Part shown: positions 1 through 8,172 of the stretch, one piece after another
How the letters are laid out: each line of letters begins with the position of its first letter
Position numbering within the stretch: the stretch's first letter is position 1
Position numbers and translations under genes: made by a program
Notes under the pieces: generated by a model
Told to the model about the DNA's origin: nothing
Seen by the model: the letters and a program-made list of their open reading frames with translations, nothing else
Databases searched by the model: none
Assembly (NCBI GenBank): GCA_964630525.1
Contig: CAZVUY010000003.1
Location: 1-46,698 of the forward strand
DNA from: an uncultured Candidatus Saccharibacteria bacterium
GTDB taxonomy: Bacteria > Patescibacteriota > Minisyncoccia > Phycocordibacterales > WO2-35-19
Direction: 5' to 3'
Length of the DNA stretch: 46,698 bases

Positions 1-1208
<1,208 letters not shown>

Positions 1209-1379
1209 TAGGAAATTCGATAATCACATCACGACACCAATTACGAATGAAAAACGAATGACACGAATAAAAAATTTATTATTCGTAAATTCGTGTGAAT
1301 TCGTGGATTAGTGTCATGTAATATTTTATCCTGCCTTATGGGACTTCTCTAAAAAAGTGGTATGTTTTTTGTATATTTT

Positions 1380-1488
1380 GTTTTGGTGCCTCAACGCCGG
1401 GGTCACACCCGTTCTCATTCCGAACACGGAAGTTAAGCTCGGTAGTGGCGATGATACTCGAAAGGGGAAAGTAGCTAGGCGCCAGAAC
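1380..1488 (+). rRNA. rrf: 5S rRNA (canonical)
   Basis: Contains CCGAACACGGAAGTTAAGC (loop C / helix III region) and GGTAGTGGCGATGATACTCG. Helix I can close by pairing GTTTTGGTGCC with GGCGCCAGAAC, including G-U pairs. Confidence 0.9.
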
Positions 1489-1584
1489 AAAATACGCAAA
1501 TTTATCGCTCATGGTCCCGCCTTACAGGCGCTGTACACCTGTTCTATTTTTTTATTTCACTCTGTTCATAAAAAATTATCACAG

Positions 1585-1762
1585 GTCTTGCGGTCGGGTC
1601 CCACCCCGACCTCACCCGTTCTCACCTGCCCGCCCGTAGCTTCAGCGAAGGCGGGTTCCGAACACGGAAGCATGCCCCGTAGTCAGCTTTGCTGTACTAC
1701 TCGGGGTTAAGCTCGGTAGTGGCGATGATACTCGCAAGGGGAAAGTAGCTAGCCGCCAGCAC
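1585..1762 (+). rRNA. Second 5S-like gene carrying two internal hairpin insertions. It may be a variant 5S or a pseudogene.
   Basis: The flanks match the first 5S: CCCGTTCTCA, TCCGAACACGGAAG, and TTAAGCTCGGTAGTGGCGATGATACTCGCAAGGGGAAAGTAGCTAGCCGCCAGCAC. Extra blocks lie at 1626-1656 and 1671-1706. Helix I could still close (CTTGCGG with CCGCCAG, one mismatch). Confidence 0.6.
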
Positions 1763-1826
1763 AAAATATTTAATGCAAAAATCTCGCCAGCTTTAAACTC
1801 TTTTGTTTTTAATCTATAATTAAGTT

Positions 1827-3233
1827 ATGGAAGAGCAAAGCGATTGGGCGTCGCGTCGGAAAAGTATCTATCTATGGTTGATCGTGCTGATCCTTTCGGC
1901 AGCCACTTTTTTCATTTTCTGGCAATTTTGGTACCAGACTCCTACTTGTTTTGATGGTTTTAAAAATGGCGACGAGACAGGTGTGGATTGTGGTGGTTCT
2001 TGTACGCTGGTTTGTAGTGCGAGTGCTCTCTCACCGGTTGTTAAGTGGGACCCTCGTTTTTTTGAAATAGACCAAGGGGTGTGGAATGTTTTGGTTTACG
2101 TAGAAAATCCAAATATCGATACTGTTGCCACCTATGCCCCTTACACTTTTACTTTTTATGATGCCAACAATCAGGTTCTGGCGACCCGCGAAGGGGCCAC
2201 TATTCTACCTAAAAACAAAACAGTCGGTATTTTCGAAGGAGGGATCAAACTCGGAGATAAAATTCCTAAGAGAGCCTCTTTTGATTTTGGTAAGAGAATG
2301 GTTTGGCAAAAAGATGAAAATCCAAACCCCGATATTACGATAAGTCATAGCCCGCTACTCAGAATGGATAGCACCCCTCGAGTGGAAGCTAAGCTGGTAA
2401 ATAATGAGATTTACGATATCAAAAATATCGAACTGGTAGCCGCTGTCTTTGATGGTGCCGACAACACGATCGCTACGTCGAGAACCTTTGTTGAAGAATT
2501 GAAAAAAGATGGGAGCGCCGAAGTCTTCTTTACTTGGCCGAAACCTTTTGATTTGGGTCTAAAAGTCTGCGAGACACCATCCAATGTAGTGTTGGCGATC
2601 GATCGGTCTGGTTCGATGCAATCTCTGGGTCAAAATCCTCCAGAACCCCTGACCAGTGTCAAACAGGCTGCGGCCTACTTCGTTTCTCAGCTTGGGGGAA
2701 GTGATTCGGTTGGGCTTATCTCGTTTGCTACCAATGCCGGCAATCCTGCGCCATTTGATTTAACCAAAAATTTTAGCGAAGCGATTTCTGCCATTAACCA
2801 GATCACTATTTTGAAAGATGGTACTCAATATACCAACATTGCTGACGCCATCGTCTCGGCCATGGAGAAGTTTGGAGACGATTCTTCTAATCAAAAAATA
2901 CTGGTACTCTTGACCGATGGGGTGGCGACTCGACCTAGCAATCCCAAAGGTTCCAGATCAGAAGCAGAAGAAATCGCTTATGCCGAGGCAGTGGCCAAAT
3001 CGGTGGCCGAAATGGCCAAAAAAAGTGGCGTTATTATCTATACAATAGGGTTAGGTAAAGGCATCAACCAGCCATTCTTACAGCAAATATCAAGTAGTGC
3101 CAGCCATTATTTCAATGCGCCAGCCACCTCTACTTTGATGGCTATATACGAAAATATCTCGTCTACCATTTGCAAAGAAATGCCGGCTAGGATAGAAATA
3201 ACCTATAAAATATTTGGCAGCAAAGTACAATGA
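1827..3233 (+). CDS. Membrane-anchored von Willebrand factor A (VWA) domain protein with an N-terminal Cys-rich module
   Basis: 468 aa with an N-terminal TM segment. Cys-rich motif CFDGFKNGDETGVDCGGSCTLVC. MIDAS-type motif VLAIDRSGSM and LLTDGV. The stop overlaps the next start (ATGA at 3230-3233). Confidence 0.8.
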   Translation: MEEQSDWASRRKSIYLWLIVLILSAATFFIFWQFWYQTPTCFDGFKNGDETGVDCGGSCTLVCSASALSPVVKWDPRFFEIDQGVWNVLVYVENPNIDTVATYAPYTFTFYDANNQVLATREGATILPKNKTVGIFEGGIKLGDKIPKRASFDFGKRMVWQKDENPNPDITISHSPLLRMDSTPRVEAKLVNNEIYDIKNIELVAAVFDGADNTIATSRTFVEELKKDGSAEVFFTWPKPFDLGLKVCETPSNVVLAIDRSGSMQSLGQNPPEPLTSVKQAAAYFVSQLGGSDSVGLISFATNAGNPAPFDLTKNFSEAISAINQITILKDGTQYTNIADAIVSAMEKFGDDSSNQKILVLLTDGVATRPSNPKGSRSEAEEIAYAEAVAKSVAEMAKKSGVIIYTIGLGKGINQPFLQQISSSASHYFNAPATSTLMAIYENISSTICKEMPARIEITYKIFGSKVQ

Positions 3234-4363
3234 TTTCTATTTTTATTAAGATTTACCGGTCGATAGATTGGCTGCTTTTTGGTTCGCTGGTTCTTATCAC
3301 TATCGCCGGTATTTTAACGATGGGTTCATTTGGAGGTGAAAGTTTATTCTCCTTTCGTCAGATGATCTGGCTGCTTGTTTCATCTCTGGTACTTGGTTTG
3401 GCTAGTGTTGTCGATTGGCGATTTTTGCGCCGAACAGAATTTATTGTTTTTTTGTTTGGCTTATCTTGTTTTGTACTACTAACACTTTTCGTTCTAGGTT
3501 CAGTGTTTAAGGGTGCTAGAAGCTGGTTTGATTTCGGGTCCTTTGCTTTTCAACCGGTTGATTTTGCCAAGATTGCTATTATTGTATTGCTTGCCAAATA
3601 TTTTAGCCGACGCCATATCGAGATTGCCAACGTAAGGCATATTTTAGTTTCCGGTTTATATACCCTGATTATTTTTACGCTGGTTTTGTTGCAGCCAGAT
3701 TTTGGGTCGGCCATCATTATTTTTTTGATTTGGTTTGCCATGGTTTTGTTTTCTGGTATTTCTAAAAAACATTTGGCGGCGGTACTACTGAGCGGTATTC
3801 TAGCCTTCTCTTTACTGTGGTATTTTGTGTTCCAAGATTATCAAAAGGCCAGAATAATTTCTTTCATCAACCCACTCACCGATTTGTCAGGAGCGGGTTA
3901 CAATGCTTATCAATCTATGATTGCGGTTGGTTCGGGCGAAATAATCGGTAAGGGGATTGGTCTTGGTAGTCAGTCGAAGCTTAAATTTTTGCCAGAATAC
4001 GAAACTGATTTTATTTTTGCCGCTTTTAGCGAAGAGTGGGGTTTTGTCGGAGTGCTGATCCTGTTTGGTTTGTATGGAGTAGTTTTTTGGCGGATTATTA
4101 GTATTACCAAAAAAGGAGCGACTAATTTTGAAATTTTATACGGTCTCGGTCTGTCCTCTTTTTTGTTCTCTCATTTTGTAGTAAATGTTGGTATGAATAT
4201 CGGTCTTTTGCCGATCACTGGGATCACGATGCCTTTTATGAGCTATGGCGGGTCTCATTTGCTGGCCGAATTCCTAGGTATCGGCATTTTGATGGGGCAG
4301 GGGGTTTATGCCAGATCAGCTCAAAAACAAGAAGTAAAAAATGAAATAGTGGGGGTGGTGTGA
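3230..4363 (+). CDS. SEDS family peptidoglycan glycosyltransferase (FtsW/RodA/SpoVE)
   Basis: 377 aa and polytopic. Motifs: FQPVDFAKI, LQPDFGSA, FLPEYETDFIFAAFSEEWGFVG and PITGITMPFMSYGGSHLL. Confidence 0.9.
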   Translation: MISIFIKIYRSIDWLLFGSLVLITIAGILTMGSFGGESLFSFRQMIWLLVSSLVLGLASVVDWRFLRRTEFIVFLFGLSCFVLLTLFVLGSVFKGARSWFDFGSFAFQPVDFAKIAIIVLLAKYFSRRHIEIANVRHILVSGLYTLIIFTLVLLQPDFGSAIIIFLIWFAMVLFSGISKKHLAAVLLSGILAFSLLWYFVFQDYQKARIISFINPLTDLSGAGYNAYQSMIAVGSGEIIGKGIGLGSQSKLKFLPEYETDFIFAAFSEEWGFVGVLILFGLYGVVFWRIISITKKGATNFEILYGLGLSSFLFSHFVVNVGMNIGLLPITGITMPFMSYGGSHLLAEFLGIGILMGQGVYARSAQKQEVKNEIVGVV

Positions 4364-4369
4364 GGAATT

Positions 4370-4401
4370 GAAAGAAGGAAAGATTAAAAGATTGAAAATT
4401 A
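4370..4401. repeat. Degenerate purine-rich octamer-phased array (GAAAGAAG GAAAGATT AAAAGATT GAAAATTA)
   Basis: Read directly. Four 8-nt units lie in the convergent spacer between the SEDS stop and the GT4 stop. Confidence 0.6.
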
Positions 4402-5580
4402 AGAATAAAGAGAAATGGTCTCGGCGAGCATTTTTTCGAAAGAGAAAAAATTGGTCACGGTGTTTTTGAGTGCTTGACCAAATTCTTTTTGCTTTTCTTT
4501 ATGGTCAAGCAAGTAAATGATTGCCTCGGCTATCTCTTTTGGATTTCGAGGGTGAACCAAGATTCCGTTTTGCATATCTTTGATTATTTCCGGTATACCA
4601 CCAACGGCGGTGGCAATGGTTGGTATGCCGCAAAAACCGGCTTCTAACACCACGAAAGGCAAGTTTTCTGTTCGTGAGGGGACCAGTATTAGGTCTGTGC
4701 CCGGTAATATTTTTTTGGCATTTTCGATTTGGCCTACAAATCTCACAGATTCCCGAAGTCCTAGGTTTAAAACTAGCTCTTCGAGCTTGGCTTTTTGTTC
4801 ACCTCCACCAACGATGTAGTAGATTATTTTTTTTCTGATTTGAGTGGGGAGTAGGGCAATGCCTCGGATAGCGATATCGATCCCTTTGTTGGGGTGCAAT
4901 TCTCCGATGGTCAAGATTATTTTCTGGTCAGTCTCCTCTCTTTTTAAAATTTCTGCGGATTCTTTTTTAGTAAGTGGTTTAAATTTCTCGATCCCATTAT
5001 GGATGACGGTTATTTTTTGGTTAATAAATGGTAGCCAAGCAATGTCTCGTTTGGTTTTTTCTGAAACAGCGATGGTGAGGTCGCAAATAGCGACCGTCAA
5101 ATAATGAGCAATATAAAAAATTATTTTGGAGAGTACTGATCGGTGGTCCTCGTTGAATGCCCAACCGTGGCTTGTAAAGATACATTTAGGAATTGAAAGA
5201 TGGAAAGATGGAAAGATGGAGGATTTAATTTTGAGATAAAGTATTGCAAGGGAACCCAAAAAGCCGATCTTGGAGGAGTTGAGGTGAAGGACATTTGGTT
5301 TTTCTTCTCTTATTATTTTTATTAGTTCCTTTATTGTTTGAATATCTTTCTTTAAATTTATTTCTCTTTCAGAACTACCAAGTTCTATTGTTCTAATTTT
5401 TGCTTCTTTCAGTTTTTCAATCAAAGTATTTCCTTCTTTGGTGCCACAAGCCACCAATACTTCAAATTGGTCTTTTGGCAGTCTGGTGGCCAGGTTGTAA
5501 ACATACTTTTGGGCGCCACCGAAATTACCCTTGGTTATCAGAAAGAGGATTTTTTTTCGACTTTCCATACAGGAGATCAT
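4399..5580 (-). CDS. Glycosyltransferase family 4
   Basis: 393 aa. GT4 C-terminal motif TENLPFVVLEAGFCGIPTIATAVGGIPEII, and N-terminal KILFLITKGNFGGAQKY. Confidence 0.85.
   Translation of the reverse strand: MISCMESRKKILFLITKGNFGGAQKYVYNLATRLPKDQFEVLVACGTKEGNTLIEKLKEAKIRTIELGSSEREINLKKDIQTIKELIKIIREEKPNVLHLNSSKIGFLGSLAILYLKIKSSIFPSFHLSIPKCIFTSHGWAFNEDHRSVLSKIIFYIAHYLTVAICDLTIAVSEKTKRDIAWLPFINQKITVIHNGIEKFKPLTKKESAEILKREETDQKIILTIGELHPNKGIDIAIRGIALLPTQIRKKIIYYIVGGGEQKAKLEELVLNLGLRESVRFVGQIENAKKILPGTDLILVPSRTENLPFVVLEAGFCGIPTIATAVGGIPEIIKDMQNGILVHPRNPKEIAEAIIYLLDHKEKQKEFGQALKNTVTNFFSFEKMLAETISLYS
5195..5218. repeat. Perfect tandem octamer GAAAGATG x3 inside the GT4 CDS
   Basis: Read directly. 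It encodes SIFPSFHLS on the minus strand, and the unit length is not a multiple of 3. Confidence 0.9.
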
Positions 5581-5615
5581 TTTGCCATAAATTGATTAAA
5601 ATTGCCAGTTGTTGT

Positions 5616-6956
5616 ATGATGTTTTGGTATATGATCAGATCAGGCAAAAGAGAGACAGCCATCCTATTTTTCGGAGATATCGTACTTCTCTATTTCTCAC
5701 TTTGGTTGGCGTTGGCAGCCCGTTATTTCTCGCTACCATCGGTAGAGACTCTTTCTTTGCACCTCTATCCTTTTAGCATCATTATCGCCGTTTGGATGCT
5801 GGTATATTTTATCTCTGGTCTTTATGAGAAGCACACCCTTCTTTTGAAGAGTCGCTTACCGATAACGGTCTTTAATGCTCAGATTGCCAATATTTTTTTG
5901 GCAGTCCTCTTTTTCTACTTCATCCCTTATTTTGGGATCGCCCCCAAGACCAATCTTTTTGTTTATCTGCTCTTCTCTTTTTGTTTGGTATTGCTCTGGC
6001 GGATCTATGGCGACCGCTTCTTGCACCCACTCGTTAAACAGAAGGGGATTATTATAGGTAGCGGTGAAGAAATGAAAGAACTTTTAGAGGAAGTAAACAA
6101 CAATCCTCGCTATGGTCTCGAGTTTATATCTTCTGTCGATCTCAATCGGGTAGCTGGAGTCGATTTTAATCAAGAGATACTTTCGCGGGTCTACGCTGAA
6201 GAGGTACAGATCGTGGCGGTGGATCTTAAGAATGAAAAAGTCGAGCCGATCTTGCCGCATCTCTACAATCTGATATTTTCTAATGTGAAGTTTATCGACA
6301 TGTATAAGATTTATGAAGATTTGTTTGATCGAGTACCGCTCTCGCTAGTACGCTATAACTGGTTTTTGGAAAACATTTCTACCGAATCAAGGGTTGCGTA
6401 CGATGTGCTCAAAAGGATGATGGATATTGTACTATCGGCTTTGGTAGGAGCCGTCTCTCTTATTTTTTATCCAGTCGTTTATTTATTGATTAAATTTGAT
6501 GACAGAGGAAATGTCTTTTTTGAACAGGAGAGGATTGGTAAAAACAACAAGATTATCCGAGTGAAAAAATTTAGAAGCATGAAAGAAGATGGTAGCAAAA
6601 ATATTACCAAGACAGGAAAGTGGTTGCGCAAGCTGCGTATTGATGAGCTGCCTCAACTATGGAGTGTTTTGAAAGGTGATATGTCGATGATCGGTCCGAG
6701 ACCGGAAATTCCTTCTTTGGTTAGGCACTATGAAGACGAGATTCCTTATTACAATGTGCGGCACCTGATCAAGCCTGGGCTTTCTGGTTGGGCTCAGCTT
6801 TATCACAAAGACCCACCAAAGGTGGCTGCTGATAGTGAAAAAACTCGTCGCAAACTCTCTTATGATCTTTACTACATCAAAAATCGTTCGTTCATGCTCG
6901 ATCTCAAAATTGCCCTTAAAACCATCAAAGCGCTACTTTCAAGGAGCGGGGTTTAA
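5616..6956 (+). CDS. Polyprenyl-phosphate hexose-1-phosphate transferase (WbaP/EpsL-type bacterial sugar transferase)
   Basis: C-terminal motif KRMMDIVLSALVGAVSLIFYP...FRSM...DELPQLWSVLKGDMSMIGPRPE, preceded by N-terminal TM helices. The start was moved from the track's 5400 to ATG 5616 (5631 is also possible) because 5400-5580 overlaps the divergent GT4. Confidence 0.85.
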   Translation: MMFWYMIRSGKRETAILFFGDIVLLYFSLWLALAARYFSLPSVETLSLHLYPFSIIIAVWMLVYFISGLYEKHTLLLKSRLPITVFNAQIANIFLAVLFFYFIPYFGIAPKTNLFVYLLFSFCLVLLWRIYGDRFLHPLVKQKGIIIGSGEEMKELLEEVNNNPRYGLEFISSVDLNRVAGVDFNQEILSRVYAEEVQIVAVDLKNEKVEPILPHLYNLIFSNVKFIDMYKIYEDLFDRVPLSLVRYNWFLENISTESRVAYDVLKRMMDIVLSALVGAVSLIFYPVVYLLIKFDDRGNVFFEQERIGKNNKIIRVKKFRSMKEDGSKNITKTGKWLRKLRIDELPQLWSVLKGDMSMIGPRPEIPSLVRHYEDEIPYYNVRHLIKPGLSGWAQLYHKDPPKVAADSEKTRRKLSYDLYYIKNRSFMLDLKIALKTIKALLSRSGV

Positions 6957-6962
6957 TGTTTC

Positions 6963-7006
6963 CTAATCTCCCTCCGACTCCCTCTTTACCTTAAAGAGGG
7001 AGTGAC
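6963..7006 (-). repeat. 44-bp palindrome-containing repeat, copy A (reverse orientation)
   Basis: The reverse complement, GTCACTCCCTCTTTAAGGTAAAGAGGGAGTCGGAGGGAGATTAG, matches copies C and D. Internal 9-bp stem: CCCTCTTTA with TAAAGAGGG. Confidence 0.85.
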
Positions 7007-7063
7007 CCACTTTTGAGTTTGACATAGTTATTAAACTATGTTACCTTAATAGTGGAGGTCGAA

Positions 7064-7273
7064 ATGACTAAAGAATAAGTTGTAGCTGAACGAGAACGAT
7101 TGCAAAACAGGATTGAGCGCGCTCGCGGTGTACTTTATTACAGGGAGGAAGCACTGAAGAAGCTTCAGAGGCAAATCTGTGAACACCCTGGGGTAAAGTG
7201 GAAACCCGGATGTCGTCGGGCCAGCTTCAATTGTCCGTACTGCGGTTTGTACGAAACGGACAGTAATAATTAG
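7064..7273 (+). pseudogene. Small Cys-rich (zinc-ribbon-like) ORF with an in-frame TAA at codon 5. An alternative intact 57-aa reading starts at TTG 7100.
   Basis: GGAGG at 7054-7058 lies 5 nt before ATG 7064. The reading is ATG ACT AAA GAA TAA, and the same frame then continues as VVAERERLQNRIERARGVLYYREEALKKLQRQICEHPGVKWKPGCRRASFNCPYCGLYETDSNN to TAG 7271-7273. That TAG overlaps the RBS of the next gene. Confidence 0.3.
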
Positions 7274-7282
7274 GAGGCACGC

Positions 7283-7528
7283 ATGCAAGAATGTACGTGC
7301 AAGGGGCGAAACAAGAATTGTGTGTTTTGTGATGGTTCTGGTTTCGTGGTCAATAGAATCATGACGCCGCAAGTTCCAAGTTTTGGGGTCGAAAGAGTTC
7401 CGGAGAAGGGACCAAAGAAAGGTAGGAAAATGTTGCAGTGTCCCGAATGCAAACAGCTCATTTGGGAGTTGCGGCTCGCCAGGCACCGAAGAAAAGTGCA
7501 TGGAGTACAGATTGAGGGTGGGGGATGA
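7283..7528 (+). CDS. Small zinc-finger protein (CxxCxGxG-like plus C2H2-like motifs), function unknown
   Basis: 81 aa. A strong AGGAGG (7272-7277) lies 5 nt upstream of the ATG. Motifs CVFCDGSG and CPECKQLIWELRLARHRRKVH. It sits in a locally GC-rich segment. Confidence 0.6.
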   Translation: MQECTCKGRNKNCVFCDGSGFVVNRIMTPQVPSFGVERVPEKGPKKGRKMLQCPECKQLIWELRLARHRRKVHGVQIEGGG

Positions 7529-7563
7529 AAATTCCTCACCTTTTTGTATTTTTTAACTATTCT

Positions 7564-7601
7564 CTAATCCCCCTAACTCCTTTTATCTTAAAGGGGGAAC
7601 C
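7564..7601 (-). repeat. Divergent copy B of the palindromic repeat (reverse orientation)
   Basis: CTAATCCCCCTAACTCCTTTTATCTTAAAGGGGGAACC aligns with copy A, sharing CTAATC...CTTAAAG(A/G)GGG. Confidence 0.6.
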
Positions 7602-7639
7602 GCGCAATTCGTTGTTTGCTCGCAGAATAGTAAATGTGA

Positions 7640-7683
7640 GTCACCCTCTCTTTAAGGTAAAGAGAGGGTCGGGGAGAGATTAG
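7640..7683 (+). repeat. 44-bp palindromic repeat, copy C (forward), immediately upstream of the DUF559 gene
   Basis: Sequence GTCACCCTCTCTTTAAGGTAAAGAGAGGGTCGGGGAGAGATTAG. One frame reads HPLFKVKRGSGRD-stop, parallel to the DUF559 C-terminus. Confidence 0.85.
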
Positions 7684-7696
7684 GTATAATGAGAGG

Positions 7697-8122
7697 ATGG
7701 TGGATAATAAATTCCTCTACAACCACAAAACTCTAAAAGAAAGACGGCGAGAGCTCAGAAAAAACCAAACTCCTGCGGAAAAATTGTTATGGAAACATAT
7801 CTGCAAAGATAAAATTTTTGGGCTAAGATTTTTGCGACAATATGGAGTAGGTCCATACATCCTAGATTTTTATTGCGCCAAGATTCGACTAGGGATCGAG
7901 CTTGATGGGGAAGTTCATAAAGAAAAGGAAAGAAAAATTTACAATAAAGACAGGGAAGAATATTTAAAAACTTTAGACATACATATCATCAGATTTTGGA
8001 ATAATGAAGTTCTTAAAGATATAAAAGGTGTACTAAATAAATTACATAATAAAATTAAATCACTAATTAAAAATAGTAGTCACCCTCCCTTTAAAGTAAA
8101 GGGAGGGTCGGGGAGGGATTAG
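7697..8122 (+). CDS. DUF559 (Vsr/restriction-endonuclease-like fold) endonuclease domain protein
   Basis: 141 aa with NQTPAEKLLWKHI...FLRQYGVGPYILDFYCAKIRLGIELDGEVH...IIRFWNNEV. The last 13 codons (HPPFKVKGGSGRD) are encoded by repeat copy D. Confidence 0.85.
   Translation: MVDNKFLYNHKTLKERRRELRKNQTPAEKLLWKHICKDKIFGLRFLRQYGVGPYILDFYCAKIRLGIELDGEVHKEKERKIYNKDREEYLKTLDIHIIRFWNNEVLKDIKGVLNKLHNKIKSLIKNSSHPPFKVKGGSGRD
8079..8122 (+). repeat. 44-bp palindromic repeat, copy D (forward), forming the 3' end of the DUF559 CDS
   Basis: Sequence GTCACCCTCCCTTTAAAGTAAAGGGAGGGTCGGGGAGGGATTAG. Its terminal TAG is the stop codon. Confidence 0.85.
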
Positions 8123-8172
8123 AAAAGGAAAAGAAGAGGAGTAGTTAGAAAAAATGAGGATATTGTGCTAGG

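Noticed and set aside
1210-1379. ACGAAT/ATTCGT hexamer repeats in the 23S-5S spacer
   Set aside because: Three forward and three inverted copies form an imperfect long hairpin. This is most simply an rRNA processing stem, and I see nothing beyond that.
1357-1710. 117-aa plus-strand ORF
   Set aside because: It spans both 5S rRNA copies and the spacer between them, so it is non-coding RNA sequence read as protein.
5400-5615. N-terminal 72-codon extension of the sugar-transferase ORF
   Set aside because: It overlaps the 5' end of the divergent GT4 gene and has no TM or family signal. The first plausible start is ATG 5616.
7046-7539. Minus-strand ORFs of 151 and 89 aa
   Set aside because: They are antisense to the RBS-supported small zinc-finger genes in a GC-rich patch where long spurious ORFs are expected. 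There is no RBS and no recognisable motif.
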